A stretch of 64,000 nt of DNA from Bacillota bacterium (GCA_023423045.1 JAFAGA010000083.1:31934-95933), one strand, 5' to 3'; shown: positions 28,950 to 39,733, counted from the first letter of the stretch. Notes: a model not told the origin generated them from the letters alone. Program-made: numbers and translations.

Positions 28950-31376
28950 TTAAAGTTCTAGTGACAGTTTGCGTGATAAGTTTTTAAACTCCCTAGACAA
29001 TTCCTTTTCAGACAAAGCCTTAGGAGTCACTACAGAAATGTTTTGTGTAATACCTGCACCAGCAGCACTCATACCACCCTGTCCTGCAATATTTCTGTAG
29101 TTCATATCAAAGCTTGTAGGTATCACATTTTGCATGTCTCTTGAAACAGTTTCCATTGCATCTTCAAATCCCACACCAATGCCCTCGCCCATATTGCTTC
29201 CAAGACCTGCAAATAATTTTGATGGAGATGCAATACCAAAAAAGTTTTTAATTTTTGAAACCACATTTCCAAAGAACCCTGATATTTTATCCCATAACCA
29301 CGCTCCAGCATCTGATATGCCCTGCCACAATCCTTTGATCAGATCACCGCCTACATCAGCCATATCACTGAAATATTCTGAGAATGCATTAACCAGCCCA
29401 TCAATAATCTGTGGTACTGCCTTTACTACTTCCACAATAATCTGTGGTAGATTTTCAATCAGCGCAACCAACAATTGAACACCTGCTACAATGATCTGGT
29501 CGATGTTATCTACAATAGCACTAACTAATGAGGTTACGATCTTTGGAATCGCTGCTACAACCGTCGTAATAATTTGTGGTAATGCACGAATTAACGATAC
29601 TAAAAGGCGGATGCCCGCGTCTATAATCATCGGAATGGAATCAATAACTGCATCTATAATATTGTCGATGATTTCTGGAATTGCTTCCAATATTGCATCA
29701 ATGATAGTAGGCAGTGCTGTTACTAATGAAGTCAATAATTGAATACCAGCATCAATAATCTGTGGAATAGCTTCTATTAAAAAATCCACTACTGCTGAGA
29801 TAATGGCTGGTAAAGCTAAAATAAGTTGTGGTATAGCTTCCACTAAGCCTTGTGCTAACCCTAGTATCAATTGCAAAGCCGCATCTAGAATCAAGGGCAA
29901 GTTTTCAATCAGTCCTTGAACAATCTGTATAACAGCAGAAACTGCTGCGGGTATTAGCTGTGGTAAAGCTAAGCCAATACCCTCTACAAGTGTGGTTACA
30001 AGTTCAATTGCCGCATTTATGAGCAACGGAAGATTATCAATTAGCGCACCAACGATAGTCATTATCGCATCAACCGCTGCTGGAATTAGTTCAGGTAAGA
30101 GGTTCAAAATTGTTTCTAATACCTGGGTAAATATACTTGTAACTGTTTCAAGAAGCATTGGAAGCAAATCTGCAACTGCTTCTAGAATCGCACCTGTTGC
30201 AGTCGGTAATGCGGTTACGATATTTTCTAAAACAGGTACGATGTTAGCAACAACCGCTTTGAACGCATCTACAAGATTTTCCGTGAGGTTTGTCATGTCG
30301 GCATCAGCATTGCCGAGTCCTGCTGTAAAGGATCCAAGTGCGGCTTGAAGCAGACCGATGGAACCTGTGATTGTTTCAGTAGATTCACGCGCAAAGTTAC
30401 CAGCATATTGCTCGGTGTTCTCAAAGAACATCTGCATTGCAACTTCAGCTTTTTCTGCTTGTGTAGCAGTACGCCATGTAAAATCAAGTCCTTTTGACAA
30501 AGCGTATGCTTCAATATTAGTAGCGTTCATGGCTACACCTAAGTTATCCATCATAGTAAAGTTGCCTTTTGCCGCACCTGTAACAGCTTCCATCGCAGAG
30601 GACATATCGATACCCATAACGGATGCCATGTCAGCAGCACGTTGCATTGCTTTTTCAGTCAACTCAAGGCTTTTCTGTTGTTTAATACCAGAACCTTGGA
30701 ATAGTGCACCCATTTTGTTGGCGGTAGCAAGATACTCGCTTTGGGAAACACCAAGGTTTTTATAGGCTTCCTCACCAGTTTTCTGAATCGATGAAGCATA
30801 TGCACCGAAAACTGCCTCTGAGCCACCCAGATTTTGCTCCAACTCACCAAATTGAGTAACCACTTCTTTGCCTAACTTAATAGCAGCGGCTCCTGCTGCA
30901 ACAGCAACTGCACCCATTGCAACACCAATGCCACTTAATATGCCACCGAGCTTATCAAACTTGCCTCCAGCATCATCTGCACTTTTACCCGAGTCTTCAA
31001 GTTCATCTCCAAGATTATCTGCTTCGATTGTGGACTGCTCTAGTTCACGCTCCATACCATTAAGTTCTGCTTGCGCCTTATTAAGTTGTATTTGCCAGTT
31101 TTGTGTACGACGATCATTTTCACCAAAAGAGGAGGCAGCATTATCAAGGGCAGCCTTAAGGGTTGAAATCTTATCTTTCTGTGCGTCAATCTCTTTATTC
31201 AGAACTGCATTCCGAGCGGTGACTGACTTTATGGATTTATCGTTTTTATCAAACTGACTGGTTACTAAAGACATTTCACTTCCTAGAACCTTAAAGGATT
31301 GATTGATTTCAGAAAGGGCCTTCTTAAATTCACGCTCTCCTTCAACGCCTATCTTTAATCCAAAATTGTCTGCCAT
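28950..31376 (-). CDS. Tail tape measure protein
   Basis: MADNFGLKIGVEGEREFK, coiled N-terminus, amphipathic 11-aa repeats, FGIASPSK. Confidence 0.92.
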   Translation of the reverse strand: MADNFGLKIGVEGEREFKKALSEINQSFKVLGSEMSLVTSQFDKNDKSIKSVTARNAVLNKEIDAQKDKISTLKAALDNAASSFGENDRRTQNWQIQLNKAQAELNGMERELEQSTIEADNLGDELEDSGKSADDAGGKFDKLGGILSGIGVAMGAVAVAAGAAAIKLGKEVVTQFGELEQNLGGSEAVFGAYASSIQKTGEEAYKNLGVSQSEYLATANKMGALFQGSGIKQQKSLELTEKAMQRAADMASVMGIDMSSAMEAVTGAAKGNFTMMDNLGVAMNATNIEAYALSKGLDFTWRTATQAEKAEVAMQMFFENTEQYAGNFARESTETITGSIGLLQAALGSFTAGLGNADADMTNLTENLVDAFKAVVANIVPVLENIVTALPTATGAILEAVADLLPMLLETVTSIFTQVLETILNLLPELIPAAVDAIMTIVGALIDNLPLLINAAIELVTTLVEGIGLALPQLIPAAVSAVIQIVQGLIENLPLILDAALQLILGLAQGLVEAIPQLILALPAIISAVVDFLIEAIPQIIDAGIQLLTSLVTALPTIIDAILEAIPEIIDNIIDAVIDSIPMIIDAGIRLLVSLIRALPQIITTVVAAIPKIVTSLVSAIVDNIDQIIVAGVQLLVALIENLPQIIVEVVKAVPQIIDGLVNAFSEYFSDMADVGGDLIKGLWQGISDAGAWLWDKISGFFGNVVSKIKNFFGIASPSKLFAGLGSNMGEGIGVGFEDAMETVSRDMQNVIPTSFDMNYRNIAGQGGMSAAGAGITQNISVVTPKALSEKELSREFKNLSRKLSLEL

Positions 31377-31390
31377 GCCATCACCTCCCC

Positions 31391-31600
31391 TTATATACCC
31401 GGTGGAATAATATCATCAATCGTCCGAGTTCTTCTTGGTTTCTCGATGCCGTGCCATTGCTTATGGCAGGTCCATAAATCAAAAAACAGTCCAATTGGCA
31501 TGAGCCAGAACTCCTCTGCATCCATGCCCATCTGAACTGTTCCATAGTAATAAAGCCGGGTAAAGACTTCAGTGTCTGTTACCCGACTTCCACGTTTTTT
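31391..31600 (-). CDS. Tail assembly chaperone -1 frameshift extension (gpGT-like)
   Basis: Slippery A-AAA-AAC at 31594-31600. The -1 frame is open (KRGSRVTDTEVFTRLYYYG...IDDIIPPGI*) to TAA at 31391, just before the tape measure RBS. Confidence 0.8.
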   Translation of the reverse strand, partial: KKRGSRVTDTEVFTRLYYYGTVQMGMDAEEFWLMPIGLFFDLWTCHKQWHGIEKPRRTRTIDDIIPPGI

Positions 31601-31965
31601 GGTGTTTCTTCTTCACTTTCCACATTTCGTTTTGTACCTTTAAACATAGCTTCTGTAATTGCGTTTTTATATTCTGCCAGATCAAACGGTGTGGTTAGGA
31701 TTTCTACCTCTTCCTCAGTTAGCAATTCTTCTGGTGAATTTTTGTTTCTAAGATTTTGAATTAAGATAGACTGGTTTGCAAGTATTGTAATTAACCATAC
31801 AATCTCATCCAGTGCCATCTCGAAGTTTTCAGATTTCATCAACTTTTCACCAAGATTTTCAAGTCCGCCGTATCGACTAGCAATCGCCTTTGTAGCACGT
31901 GTAGTCAATATTAATTCATACTCTTTTCCACCAATATTGATTGCAGCACTTCTCTCATTATCCAT
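31579..31965 (-). CDS. Tail assembly chaperone (gpG-like)
   Basis: Lies between major tail and tape measure; ends TPKNVEVG over the slippery site. Confidence 0.85.
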   Translation of the reverse strand: MDNERSAAINIGGKEYELILTTRATKAIASRYGGLENLGEKLMKSENFEMALDEIVWLITILANQSILIQNLRNKNSPEELLTEEEVEILTTPFDLAEYKNAITEAMFKGTKRNVESEEETPKNVEVG

Positions 31966-31976
31966 GATTTCTCCTC

Positions 31977-32567
31977 CTACGGTTCCGGTGTGTAGACTGG
32001 TTCATAAACTTCAGTGAACCAACCAGTGATAGTTGCAGCGGAGACACCTGCGTCGCCTTCGGTGACCTCTGCTTTCCATGGATGTTTTCCCAAGCCATCC
32101 AGCTTGTTTCTTCTCATTACTGTGCCCTCAATAGTAGGTGTAGAGAATGTGATAGAATCTGCCTTCGTCTGCAAGTTGGTAGCTGGCAGACCGAATTTAA
32201 TACGATACAGCCAGAAATATCGGTATGTTCCATTTGCCTTTTGAGCACGAAATCCTACTGCGACAGGAGTCCCCACGTTCTCACTTGCGGAGATTAATAC
32301 TCCGTTGTCATCTGTAGTTGCACCAGTTAAATCTGCTGCCACTGTAGGGCCAATGTCATCTACACCAAGAGTAAGAGTGCCACTATTAAAGTCCTTCACG
32401 ACCTCAGCGGCACCATCATCCGCATACAAAATTGCTTCTACCAACTCCACCGAGAGCTCGGCAGTGATGGCTTTTGCAAGCACTGAAGGTACAGCATAGG
32501 TTTCCTCACCATTTGTGTCTTCAGTTATTTTTGAATAGTACAATCTATCAAGACCGATTGTTGCCAT
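31977..32567 (-). CDS. Major tail protein (phi13 family)
   Basis: MATIGLDRLYYS, LYADDG, VAVGFRA, FSTPTIEG. Confidence 0.92.
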   Translation of the reverse strand: MATIGLDRLYYSKITEDTNGEETYAVPSVLAKAITAELSVELVEAILYADDGAAEVVKDFNSGTLTLGVDDIGPTVAADLTGATTDDNGVLISASENVGTPVAVGFRAQKANGTYRYFWLYRIKFGLPATNLQTKADSITFSTPTIEGTVMRRNKLDGLGKHPWKAEVTEGDAGVSAATITGWFTEVYEPVYTPEP

Positions 32568-32570
32568 ATG

Positions 32571-32912
32571 TTACTCCTCCAATCTATAATTTTTTGCCAC
32601 ATCGATGGCATAATGATGGTATCCAGTATCGTCCTCGTGTCCAATATACCGACGCTCTGTCACCGTGAAATCTGTATCTAATAAGGCCATTGTGAGCTGC
32701 CTTTTCTTCTCCAAGTAATTATTCTTGGAGAACAGAGATATCCTTGCTTCCTGCACGTCATATCCTGGGCGGTTATCCGCATGGACTTCGAAGAGGTCTG
32801 AAAGTGGAAGTATCACGGCATACTCATCCGGTGCTAAACCTGAAAAAACCCCGGTTTCTACGGGGATTGGAATAGCTGTAACAAGGGTATTCAATTCTTC
32901 TAAAATATTCAT
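32571..32912 (-). CDS. Putative tail terminator
   Basis: Position and C-terminal EDDTGYHHYAIDV. Confidence 0.7.
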   Translation of the reverse strand: MNILEELNTLVTAIPIPVETGVFSGLAPDEYAVILPLSDLFEVHADNRPGYDVQEARISLFSKNNYLEKKRQLTMALLDTDFTVTERRYIGHEDDTGYHHYAIDVAKNYRLEE

Positions 32913-33349
32913 ATCTTACTGATCTCCTCCTCGAGCTTGGCTATCATTGCATTCATACAAGGCTTTCTAGATGCAGTTCTCGCTGGTTTCAGGAATGGCC
33001 TTGCAGGTTGACCATGCTTTCCGTATTCAATGATACTTGCAATTTTAGCATTACTTTCTCCATCCGACCTTGGCTCTGCAAAACCAACTTTCACATTGAA
33101 ATTGCCGTCTCTATCCTGTTTTGCACTGGAAAGACCCAATGAGGACACTAGCTCGCCAGTACTTCTTGATGAATACTTCGTATCTGTGCCGATAGCTTTA
33201 GTTAGATTGTCTTTGACTTTATCCAGAACTACTTCGCCACCAACTTCCAAAACTTTAGGAAGGATTACATCGGTCTGATCAGCCAACTGGGATACTTTCA
33301 ATAGAAATTCCTCTGGCATTTTGATATTGACTTTAGCGATATTCATCAC
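32909..33349 (-). CDS. HK97 gp10-like tail component
   Basis: STGELVSS, IEYGKHGQPARPFLKPA. Confidence 0.85.
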   Translation of the reverse strand: MMNIAKVNIKMPEEFLLKVSQLADQTDVILPKVLEVGGEVVLDKVKDNLTKAIGTDTKYSSRSTGELVSSLGLSSAKQDRDGNFNVKVGFAEPRSDGESNAKIASIIEYGKHGQPARPFLKPARTASRKPCMNAMIAKLEEEISKI

Positions 33350-33681
33350 CTCACAGTCGGTTCTAACTTTTCAGCTAAAACTTCAACATACATCCCACGA
33401 CTTCTTACATCCTCTACACTTAAAATCTGATATCTACCATCTTCACAGACTATAAACATTTCAGTAGTAACCTCAAGTCCAGGGGTTTTTCTAAATCGAA
33501 ATAATGAAGATGCAGTGGTAAATGACGCCATATTTGTCCACCTCTCACTGCCATGCCGATCTTCCTTATAGGCACGTACACTAGCGAGTATGTTATCACC
33601 TTTTTTAGCGAAACCTTCCACGTCTTTGATAGGCACTGTGCTGATAATATCAATGAAGGTATTCATCTTTCCAAAGCTCAT
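33346..33681 (-). CDS. Head closure / head-tail adaptor
   Basis: MSFGKMNTFIDI...FRFRK...YQILSVEDV; position in the neck cluster. Confidence 0.8.
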   Translation of the reverse strand: MSFGKMNTFIDIISTVPIKDVEGFAKKGDNILASVRAYKEDRHGSERWTNMASFTTASSLFRFRKTPGLEVTTEMFIVCEDGRYQILSVEDVRSRGMYVEVLAEKLEPTVR

Positions 33682-33682
33682 A

Positions 33683-34003
33683 CTAAACACCCCACTCTCG
33701 GTCTAAGCGTAAAAGCAAGTTTATTGTATTCCATACTTGTTGGCCCGCCTGTACGCTATCAGCGAAGAAACCTGCTGTCGAGCCATCCCTACTTTCATAG
33801 AAATGACTCGATAACATAATCACTGCTTGTTCCGTTGTAGGTGGCATGGCATGGGTTTCATAATAATCTTCAGTGACATGCTGATAACTCTGTGCATACG
33901 ATACTGCAGCGGTAATAAATCCAATAAGGAGAACATCGTCTTGGTCATGCGTTAGGATTAAGTTCGCCTTAACTTTAGGTAAGAGATTATCTGCTACTGC
34001 CAT
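33683..34003 (-). CDS. Head-tail connector (gp6-like)
   Basis: VKANLIL...DDVL...AVIMLSSHFYESR. Confidence 0.88.
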   Translation of the reverse strand: MAVADNLLPKVKANLILTHDQDDVLLIGFITAAVSYAQSYQHVTEDYYETHAMPPTTEQAVIMLSSHFYESRDGSTAGFFADSVQAGQQVWNTINLLLRLDREWGV

Positions 34004-34030
34004 ATCACCAACCTCCTTTTACATTTCACT

Positions 34031-34243
34031 TTAGTCAGCCTCCATAAGTCCTGCTGCCTTTAGTTTGACAAGCAAGGCATTGAAGTCGGTAACCAACCCA
34101 GTGGCATCGGTGGCTGTACTTTCTGCTTGGTTTTCAGCAATTGGGAGCCCCGTTACGGAAGCTCCCTCTAAGATTTCTAGCTCTCCACCAATTACCAATT
34201 TCTCGCCGCCTTGTTCCATATAATTCTTCGTGTTATAACTCAT
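34031..34243 (-). CDS. Small head fibre/decoration protein
   Basis: YNTKNYMEQGG...DFNALLVKLKAAGLM, directly after the capsid gene. Confidence 0.7.
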   Translation of the reverse strand: MSYNTKNYMEQGGEKLVIGGELEILEGASVTGLPIAENQAESTATDATGLVTDFNALLVKLKAAGLMEAD

Positions 34244-34255
34244 ACCACACCTCCA

Positions 34256-35449
34256 TTACGCTTTCTGCTGAAGTACCTTTACAGCTTCTGGTAAGATAAG
34301 TTTGCCATCAACACGTTGAGTAGCAATAAATCCCACTTGACCTGTAACAGCAAAGAGTTCATTTAGCCTTTTGAATACTCTTCCTTGACGGTCAGCCACC
34401 CAGTAATAACTAAAGTCACCAAATACCATGGTCTTTGCTCCTGCTTCAATAGTAGGTACATAAACTGATGTGTGTAACGGACGATTAAGAATGGTATCAG
34501 GCGCTCCCGCTTGAATGGAAGGCTGCCATAGGTACTGCCCATTACCGTCTTTCAATTTACGGATGGCCTTAATAGTTGCATCGTTCATTACAAATGCTGC
34601 CTTATTACGATATGGTGCTTTTAAGCTGTAAAACAAATCTAGCACTTCATCCAGTGTGATGGCTGTAGCACCTGCTGTAGTAACACCAACTTGACCGCCT
34701 CCTGTTGTATTTAGAATACCTGTTGGTTTTCCAGTGCCGTCACCCACAAAGAAAGCTTCCTCTTCCTTGTTACCAATACGACGTGCGAATTCCCTTGTGA
34801 TGTAGCTTTCAAGATTAAACACAGAGTCGTTTAGCAATTCTTCAGAAACTTTAATCATTGTTGCAAGTTTATAAGCACCGATAGATACTTGACCGAAGCT
34901 ATCATCACTCTCAGGAATTACTCCTTCTTCATCTACCCAGCTTGCAGTTCCTTTACTTGCAACAACGGGAATCTTTCGATCACCGGAAGATGTCGTGATA
35001 ACATTAGCCAGTCTTCGGAAGATATTCTCTTCTTCTAGCGCTTCCACCAGGGTTCTCTCGAACTCATCAGGTACAAGGTATCCACCCTCAGAATCAGTGC
35101 CAATCGTTAAAGCATTTTTTACATCGTAGCTGACTTTGTCACGCATAGCGTTCCAGAATGCCTTTTTGTATTCAGCACTCGCACGGCCGGTCTTTTCCTC
35201 TCCCATTCCTGTAGGTTTGTTTGTAATAGGGTTACTGGTTGCTTTCGACAGTTCTAGGTCGATAGATGCTTGACGTTCCAAACGCTCGATTTCTTTACCA
35301 AGAGCAACAACATCTGCTTCCATCTTTTCATAGGTTGCGGTGTCTTCAGCGGATAACAATCCATCACCGCCACGTTTCGTATCAAGGAATGCTTTTGTTG
35401 CATCCCATGTCTTAGCGCGCTTTTCGCGCAATTCAAGAATTTTACTCAT
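34256..35449 (-). CDS. Major capsid protein, HK97 fold
   Basis: SEGGYLVP, WVDE, VSEELLNDS, GDGTGKPTGI, FGDFSYY, RVDGK. Confidence 0.96.
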   Translation of the reverse strand: MSKILELREKRAKTWDATKAFLDTKRGGDGLLSAEDTATYEKMEADVVALGKEIERLERQASIDLELSKATSNPITNKPTGMGEEKTGRASAEYKKAFWNAMRDKVSYDVKNALTIGTDSEGGYLVPDEFERTLVEALEEENIFRRLANVITTSSGDRKIPVVASKGTASWVDEEGVIPESDDSFGQVSIGAYKLATMIKVSEELLNDSVFNLESYITREFARRIGNKEEEAFFVGDGTGKPTGILNTTGGGQVGVTTAGATAITLDEVLDLFYSLKAPYRNKAAFVMNDATIKAIRKLKDGNGQYLWQPSIQAGAPDTILNRPLHTSVYVPTIEAGAKTMVFGDFSYYWVADRQGRVFKRLNELFAVTGQVGFIATQRVDGKLILPEAVKVLQQKA

Positions 35450-35468
35450 TGATATTTCCTCCTTTAAA

Positions 35469-36170
35469 TTAGTGAGAAATTAAAGAAAGCCGCTTATCCA
35501 GCGACTCTATTGGGGTTCCTATTTTCGATTTTTGCTTTTTGGGAATTTTCCCAAGTAGCGAGTTACATACCGCCGCACGAGAAAATATAAGCCCCTGTCC
35601 TGTATCCAGTGGAATACGTTCTTCATCTTCCGTAAACATAATTTTATTAGCAAAGCCAAGTTCAATGGCTTTGTTTGCGTTCATCCACGTTTCCGCATCC
35701 ATCAGGTGTGAAATTTTAGTTCGGGATAGTCCAGATTTCAGTTCATATGCATTGATAATGCTTTCCTTTACTTCATCCAACAAAGCTTTGGCACGAAGCA
35801 TCTCCTCGCTGTCACCGATGGCAATGGTCGAAGGATTATGGATCATCAGCATAGATACCGGGGACATATATACATCGCCACCTGCCATAGCAATAACCGA
35901 TGCCGCACTTGCTGCCAGTCCATCAATCTTTACCGTTACATTTCCTACATAATCCATCAACATGTTATAGATCTGAGCGGCAGCAAATACATCTCCACCG
36001 GGCGAATTGATCCAAACTGTTACATTTCCAGAGCCAGCCATTAATTCATCCTTGAATATCTTAGGTGTTACTTCATCACCCCACCAAGTCTCGTCAGAGA
36101 TTTCTCCATTGAGATAAAGAGTACGATCCTCGGTGGCTTCATCTTTCACCCAGTTCCAAAATTTTCTCAT
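35469..36170 (-). CDS. ClpP-like head maturation protease
   Basis: INSPGGDV, GLAASAASVIAMAG, MIHNP, ETWM.A..A.ELGF. Confidence 0.94.
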   Translation of the reverse strand: MRKFWNWVKDEATEDRTLYLNGEISDETWWGDEVTPKIFKDELMAGSGNVTVWINSPGGDVFAAAQIYNMLMDYVGNVTVKIDGLAASAASVIAMAGGDVYMSPVSMLMIHNPSTIAIGDSEEMLRAKALLDEVKESIINAYELKSGLSRTKISHLMDAETWMNANKAIELGFANKIMFTEDEERIPLDTGQGLIFSRAAVCNSLLGKIPKKQKSKIGTPIESLDKRLSLISH

Positions 36171-37414
36171 TGGCTATTTGCCTCCTTTTCATAAAAATTT
36201 CCCGCTTGATTAAGCGGGAGCATATTGCCGTTCACAAGATACAAATCGCCACCTTCTTCAGTTGGAATGCGATTCATATCCTCCAGTTCACGAATGTCGT
36301 TTGCAGACATCCACCCATTTTGTCTTCCGACTGAATAGCCATTCATGCGGCTCTGGTAATCCCCTCGAAGCAAGCCATCGAGATTAAACTTTATAAACAG
36401 TGTCGTTTTCTCGGATGGCAATAATAGTGCTTGCTGGAGACTTTGCTCCCATCGCACTACCCATGGATCAAGTGTGTATTTTACAAACTCCAAAGACTGT
36501 TGCTCAATGTTGGAGAAACTGGATTTCTCAAGGTCACCCACCATGTGAGGTGGTACTCGGAAGATACGTGCGATTTCATTAATCTGAAATTTCCGTGTTT
36601 CAAGAAATTGTGCTTGTTCAGGTGGGATACCAATGGCTTGAAATTTCATACCTTCTTCTAATACAGCAACCTTATGAGCGTTTCCACTTCCTTGGTAGGC
36701 ACTGTTCCAACTATCTTTAACTCGCTGTATATCCTTGATTACACCAGGATGCTCAAGTACACCACCGGGATTAGCACCGTTAGCGAAGAATGCTGCACCG
36801 TATTCCTCTGTGGCTAGTGAAATTCCTATAGCGTTCTTGGCCATTGCTATAGGGCTATTTCCAATAAGACCGTCAAAACCTAGACCAGGAATGTGTAAAA
36901 CTTCATCTTTACGGAGCGTGATATATCCGCCTTTGGGATTTATACCGCTTTCGTCAACATCACGATAATATTTGTATACTAACTCTCCATTTGATGCCCG
37001 GGTGACTTCCATCTTGCTTGGTAGCAAAGGGTATAGTGCAATCGCTTGGCCGCGCCCATTTCTAACAACCTGTGCGTAGGCATTACCCCAAAGTAAAAGA
37101 TGACTCATAAGTGTTTCTCGAAACACGAATGAAGTCATCTCTGGGTTTGGTTCATCATGAAGAAGGTGATATAACGGATGAAAAGGAATTCTTTCTTTTC
37201 CTCCGTCCGAACGATATCTATATACGTGTAATGGAAGCCCTGCTATAGCTTCAGCTAGTATTCTTACGCATGCATACACTGCGGTGGTCTGCATGGCAGT
37301 TCGCTCATTAACTGTTTTACCAGATGTTGTTCCACCAAATAAGAATGAAAATGAACTACCCACACGGTTTTGAGGTTTGTCTCTTGACCGAAACATTCCT
37401 TTTAATATACTCAT
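36167..37414 (-). CDS. Portal protein, HK97 family
   Basis: AVYACVRIL, PNPEMT, GNAYA, QFLETRKF, IARIFRVPP. Confidence 0.95.
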   Translation of the reverse strand: MSILKGMFRSRDKPQNRVGSSFSFLFGGTTSGKTVNERTAMQTTAVYACVRILAEAIAGLPLHVYRYRSDGGKERIPFHPLYHLLHDEPNPEMTSFVFRETLMSHLLLWGNAYAQVVRNGRGQAIALYPLLPSKMEVTRASNGELVYKYYRDVDESGINPKGGYITLRKDEVLHIPGLGFDGLIGNSPIAMAKNAIGISLATEEYGAAFFANGANPGGVLEHPGVIKDIQRVKDSWNSAYQGSGNAHKVAVLEEGMKFQAIGIPPEQAQFLETRKFQINEIARIFRVPPHMVGDLEKSSFSNIEQQSLEFVKYTLDPWVVRWEQSLQQALLLPSEKTTLFIKFNLDGLLRGDYQSRMNGYSVGRQNGWMSANDIRELEDMNRIPTEEGGDLYLVNGNMLPLNQAGNFYEKEANSQ

Positions 37415-37433
37415 AAGCACCACCTCCGAATAA

Positions 37434-39041
37434 TTAGAAAACAATTAATCCGCGATTATCATAAACGGAATTGCTTGCTCCACCACGGCGTATAGCTCTA
37501 TCAAGTGCCATGATTGTTGCTACCGCGCCATCTATCTTTTCTGTACTCTTTTCCTTATCTGGTTTGATATTACCAGCAGGATCAGTTCTAATAAATATAT
37601 TGTCCATCATCCATCGAAGCACTGGGTGCCCACCATGAGCAATTTTCTCTTCCAGCGTCAGCTTCATTAATTCTTTAGTTGGTGGTGACATATCTTTAAA
37701 CCCTTGACCGAATGGCACCACCGTTAAGCCTAAGCCTTCCAGGTTCTGTACCATTTGTACTGCACCCCAGCGGTCAAAGGCAATTTCTCGAATGTTATAC
37801 TTCAAACTTAACTCTTCAATAAAGTTTTCAATGTAACCATAATGTACCACGTTACCCTCAGTGGTCTGTAAAAAGCCTTGCTTTTCCCATACATCATAGG
37901 GTACATGGTCACGCCTTACTCTTAGATCAAGATTATCTTCTGGTATCCAAAAATAAGGAAGAATGATAAATTTGTCATCTTCATATTCTGGCGGAAAGAC
38001 AAGAACGAATGCTGTTATATCCGTAGTTGATGATAAGTCCAACCCACCATAGCATTGTCTACCTTTAAGACTTTCAGGGTCTGTTGCAAATGAACATTTA
38101 TCCCATTTCTCCATGGGCATCCAACGTACTGATTGTTTCACCCATTGATTAAGCCGAAGCTGCCTGAATAAGTTTTCTTCTGCAGGATTTTGTTTTGCAC
38201 TTTCACAAGCAATTTGTATCTTTTCAATATCTACAGTAATACCCATTGAGGGGTTGGCTTTCGCCCATACCTTCGGATCTGTCCAGTCTTCATCTTCATT
38301 AGCACCATAGATGACTGGGTAGAATGTAGGATCAACCTTTCGCCCTTCTAGAATATCCTTTGCCTTTTGGTGTACTTCATAGCATATTGAGTGCTGATCA
38401 TTGCCCGCTGTAGTAATCAAAAAATATAGTGGTTGCTTTCTTGCGTCCCCAGAACCGTGAGTCATAACATCAAAAAGCTGTCGGTTTGGTTGAGCGTGTA
38501 GCTCATCAAAAACGACACCATGAACATTTAAACCATGCTTTGTATAAGCCTCGGCAGAAAGTACCTGATAGAAACTCCCAAGAGGTTTATACACTAACCT
38601 TTTCTGAGAAAGCACCGGTTTTATTCGAGCTTTTAGAGCCGGACACTGCTCTACCATATCCACTGCCACATCAAAAACAATGGAGGCTTGCTGGCGATCA
38701 GAAGCACAGCCATACACCTCACCACCGTGCTCATAATCTCCACAAGTAAGTAGAAGTGCAACTGCTGCCGCGAGTTCCGACTTTCCTTGCTTTTTAGCAA
38801 TTTCGATATAAGCCGTATTAAACTGACGATAGCCGTTCGGCTTCATAACACCAAAGACATCTCGGATAATTTGTTCCTGCCAGTCGATTAGTTCAAATGA
38901 CTGTCCATACCATTCTCCCTTAGTGTGTTTTAAACAATTTATAAAGGCTACTGCTGTATCAGCCGAATCCTGATTATAAACCGAACCATCTGCTTTGAAG
39001 ATGGTCGGCTTGTATGTCTTTAGTTTTCGTATCGCCGCCAC
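37434..39041 (-). CDS. terL: Terminase large subunit
   Basis: KKQGKSE Walker A, FDELH Walker B, GLDLSST.D, FDRW, KIDG nuclease motifs. Confidence 0.95.
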   Translation of the reverse strand: MAAIRKLKTYKPTIFKADGSVYNQDSADTAVAFINCLKHTKGEWYGQSFELIDWQEQIIRDVFGVMKPNGYRQFNTAYIEIAKKQGKSELAAAVALLLTCGDYEHGGEVYGCASDRQQASIVFDVAVDMVEQCPALKARIKPVLSQKRLVYKPLGSFYQVLSAEAYTKHGLNVHGVVFDELHAQPNRQLFDVMTHGSGDARKQPLYFLITTAGNDQHSICYEVHQKAKDILEGRKVDPTFYPVIYGANEDEDWTDPKVWAKANPSMGITVDIEKIQIACESAKQNPAEENLFRQLRLNQWVKQSVRWMPMEKWDKCSFATDPESLKGRQCYGGLDLSSTTDITAFVLVFPPEYEDDKFIILPYFWIPEDNLDLRVRRDHVPYDVWEKQGFLQTTEGNVVHYGYIENFIEELSLKYNIREIAFDRWGAVQMVQNLEGLGLTVVPFGQGFKDMSPPTKELMKLTLEEKIAHGGHPVLRWMMDNIFIRTDPAGNIKPDKEKSTEKIDGAVATIMALDRAIRRGGASNSVYDNRGLIVF

Positions 39042-39104
39042 CTCCCTGTGAACACTGAAAAAGGAACCCCTTTTACAGAGTTCCTTCTCATTAATGCTGT
39101 CTGT

Positions 39105-39287
39105 TTATTTTCTGATTTCACCCGTAAGAATGAAACTTACATAATCGTCTCTATGTTCAGATAGGTAATCAATCAGTTCATAGTACCCATCACGTTCTGC
39201 AATATCGATAACAACAGGGATGTCAAACATATTTGTTTCACCTGTATCTCGAATTGCTAAAATTTGATCTCTGATTTCTTCAGTCAT
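39105..39287 (-). CDS. Small phage protein (DUF5049-like)
   Basis: IRDQILAIRDTGETNMFD...FILTGE. Confidence 0.7.
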   Translation of the reverse strand: MTEEIRDQILAIRDTGETNMFDIPVVIDIAERDGYYELIDYLSEHRDDYVSFILTGEIRK

Positions 39288-39733
39288 GTATCATCCTCCT
39301 CTGCAGAGTCACCAACAGCGTTTCGTAAGATATCTATATTAAAGTCTGCACTTTTATAACCATCCAGAATTGTAGAGTAATAATGACAACTTGGTTGACC
39401 GAGCGGTCTTCCCTCATTCATTATATAAACCATCGCCGTCACATACTTTCCGTTTAGTCTAACTTTGAGTGTTTCTTTTCGATAAAGATAAGGCCATCCT
39501 TCATATCTGTCTAGTGCTACTTCATCGGCAGGTGTGATTTCCCATATTAATACTGGCACACTGCCTCCCTTGTAAGGCTCAATGGTTGCCACTGCCCCAG
39601 CATGTGCACCTCTAAAAAGTAACCGATAATTATTAATCTTACTTACCCCGACAGCCTTTGCTGTGGGGCATCTATTTGCCATCTGCTCCAAGTTAAGATT
39701 GGAGCCATAGGCAATGTAAAGAGTATTGCTCAT
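39284..39733 (-). CDS. Gamma-glutamylcyclotransferase (AIG2-like)
   Basis: YIAYGSNLN..QM..RCP, LDRYEG.P..Y. Confidence 0.9.
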   Translation of the reverse strand: MSNTLYIAYGSNLNLEQMANRCPTAKAVGVSKINNYRLLFRGAHAGAVATIEPYKGGSVPVLIWEITPADEVALDRYEGWPYLYRKETLKVRLNGKYVTAMVYIMNEGRPLGQPSCHYYSTILDGYKSADFNIDILRNAVGDSAEEDDT

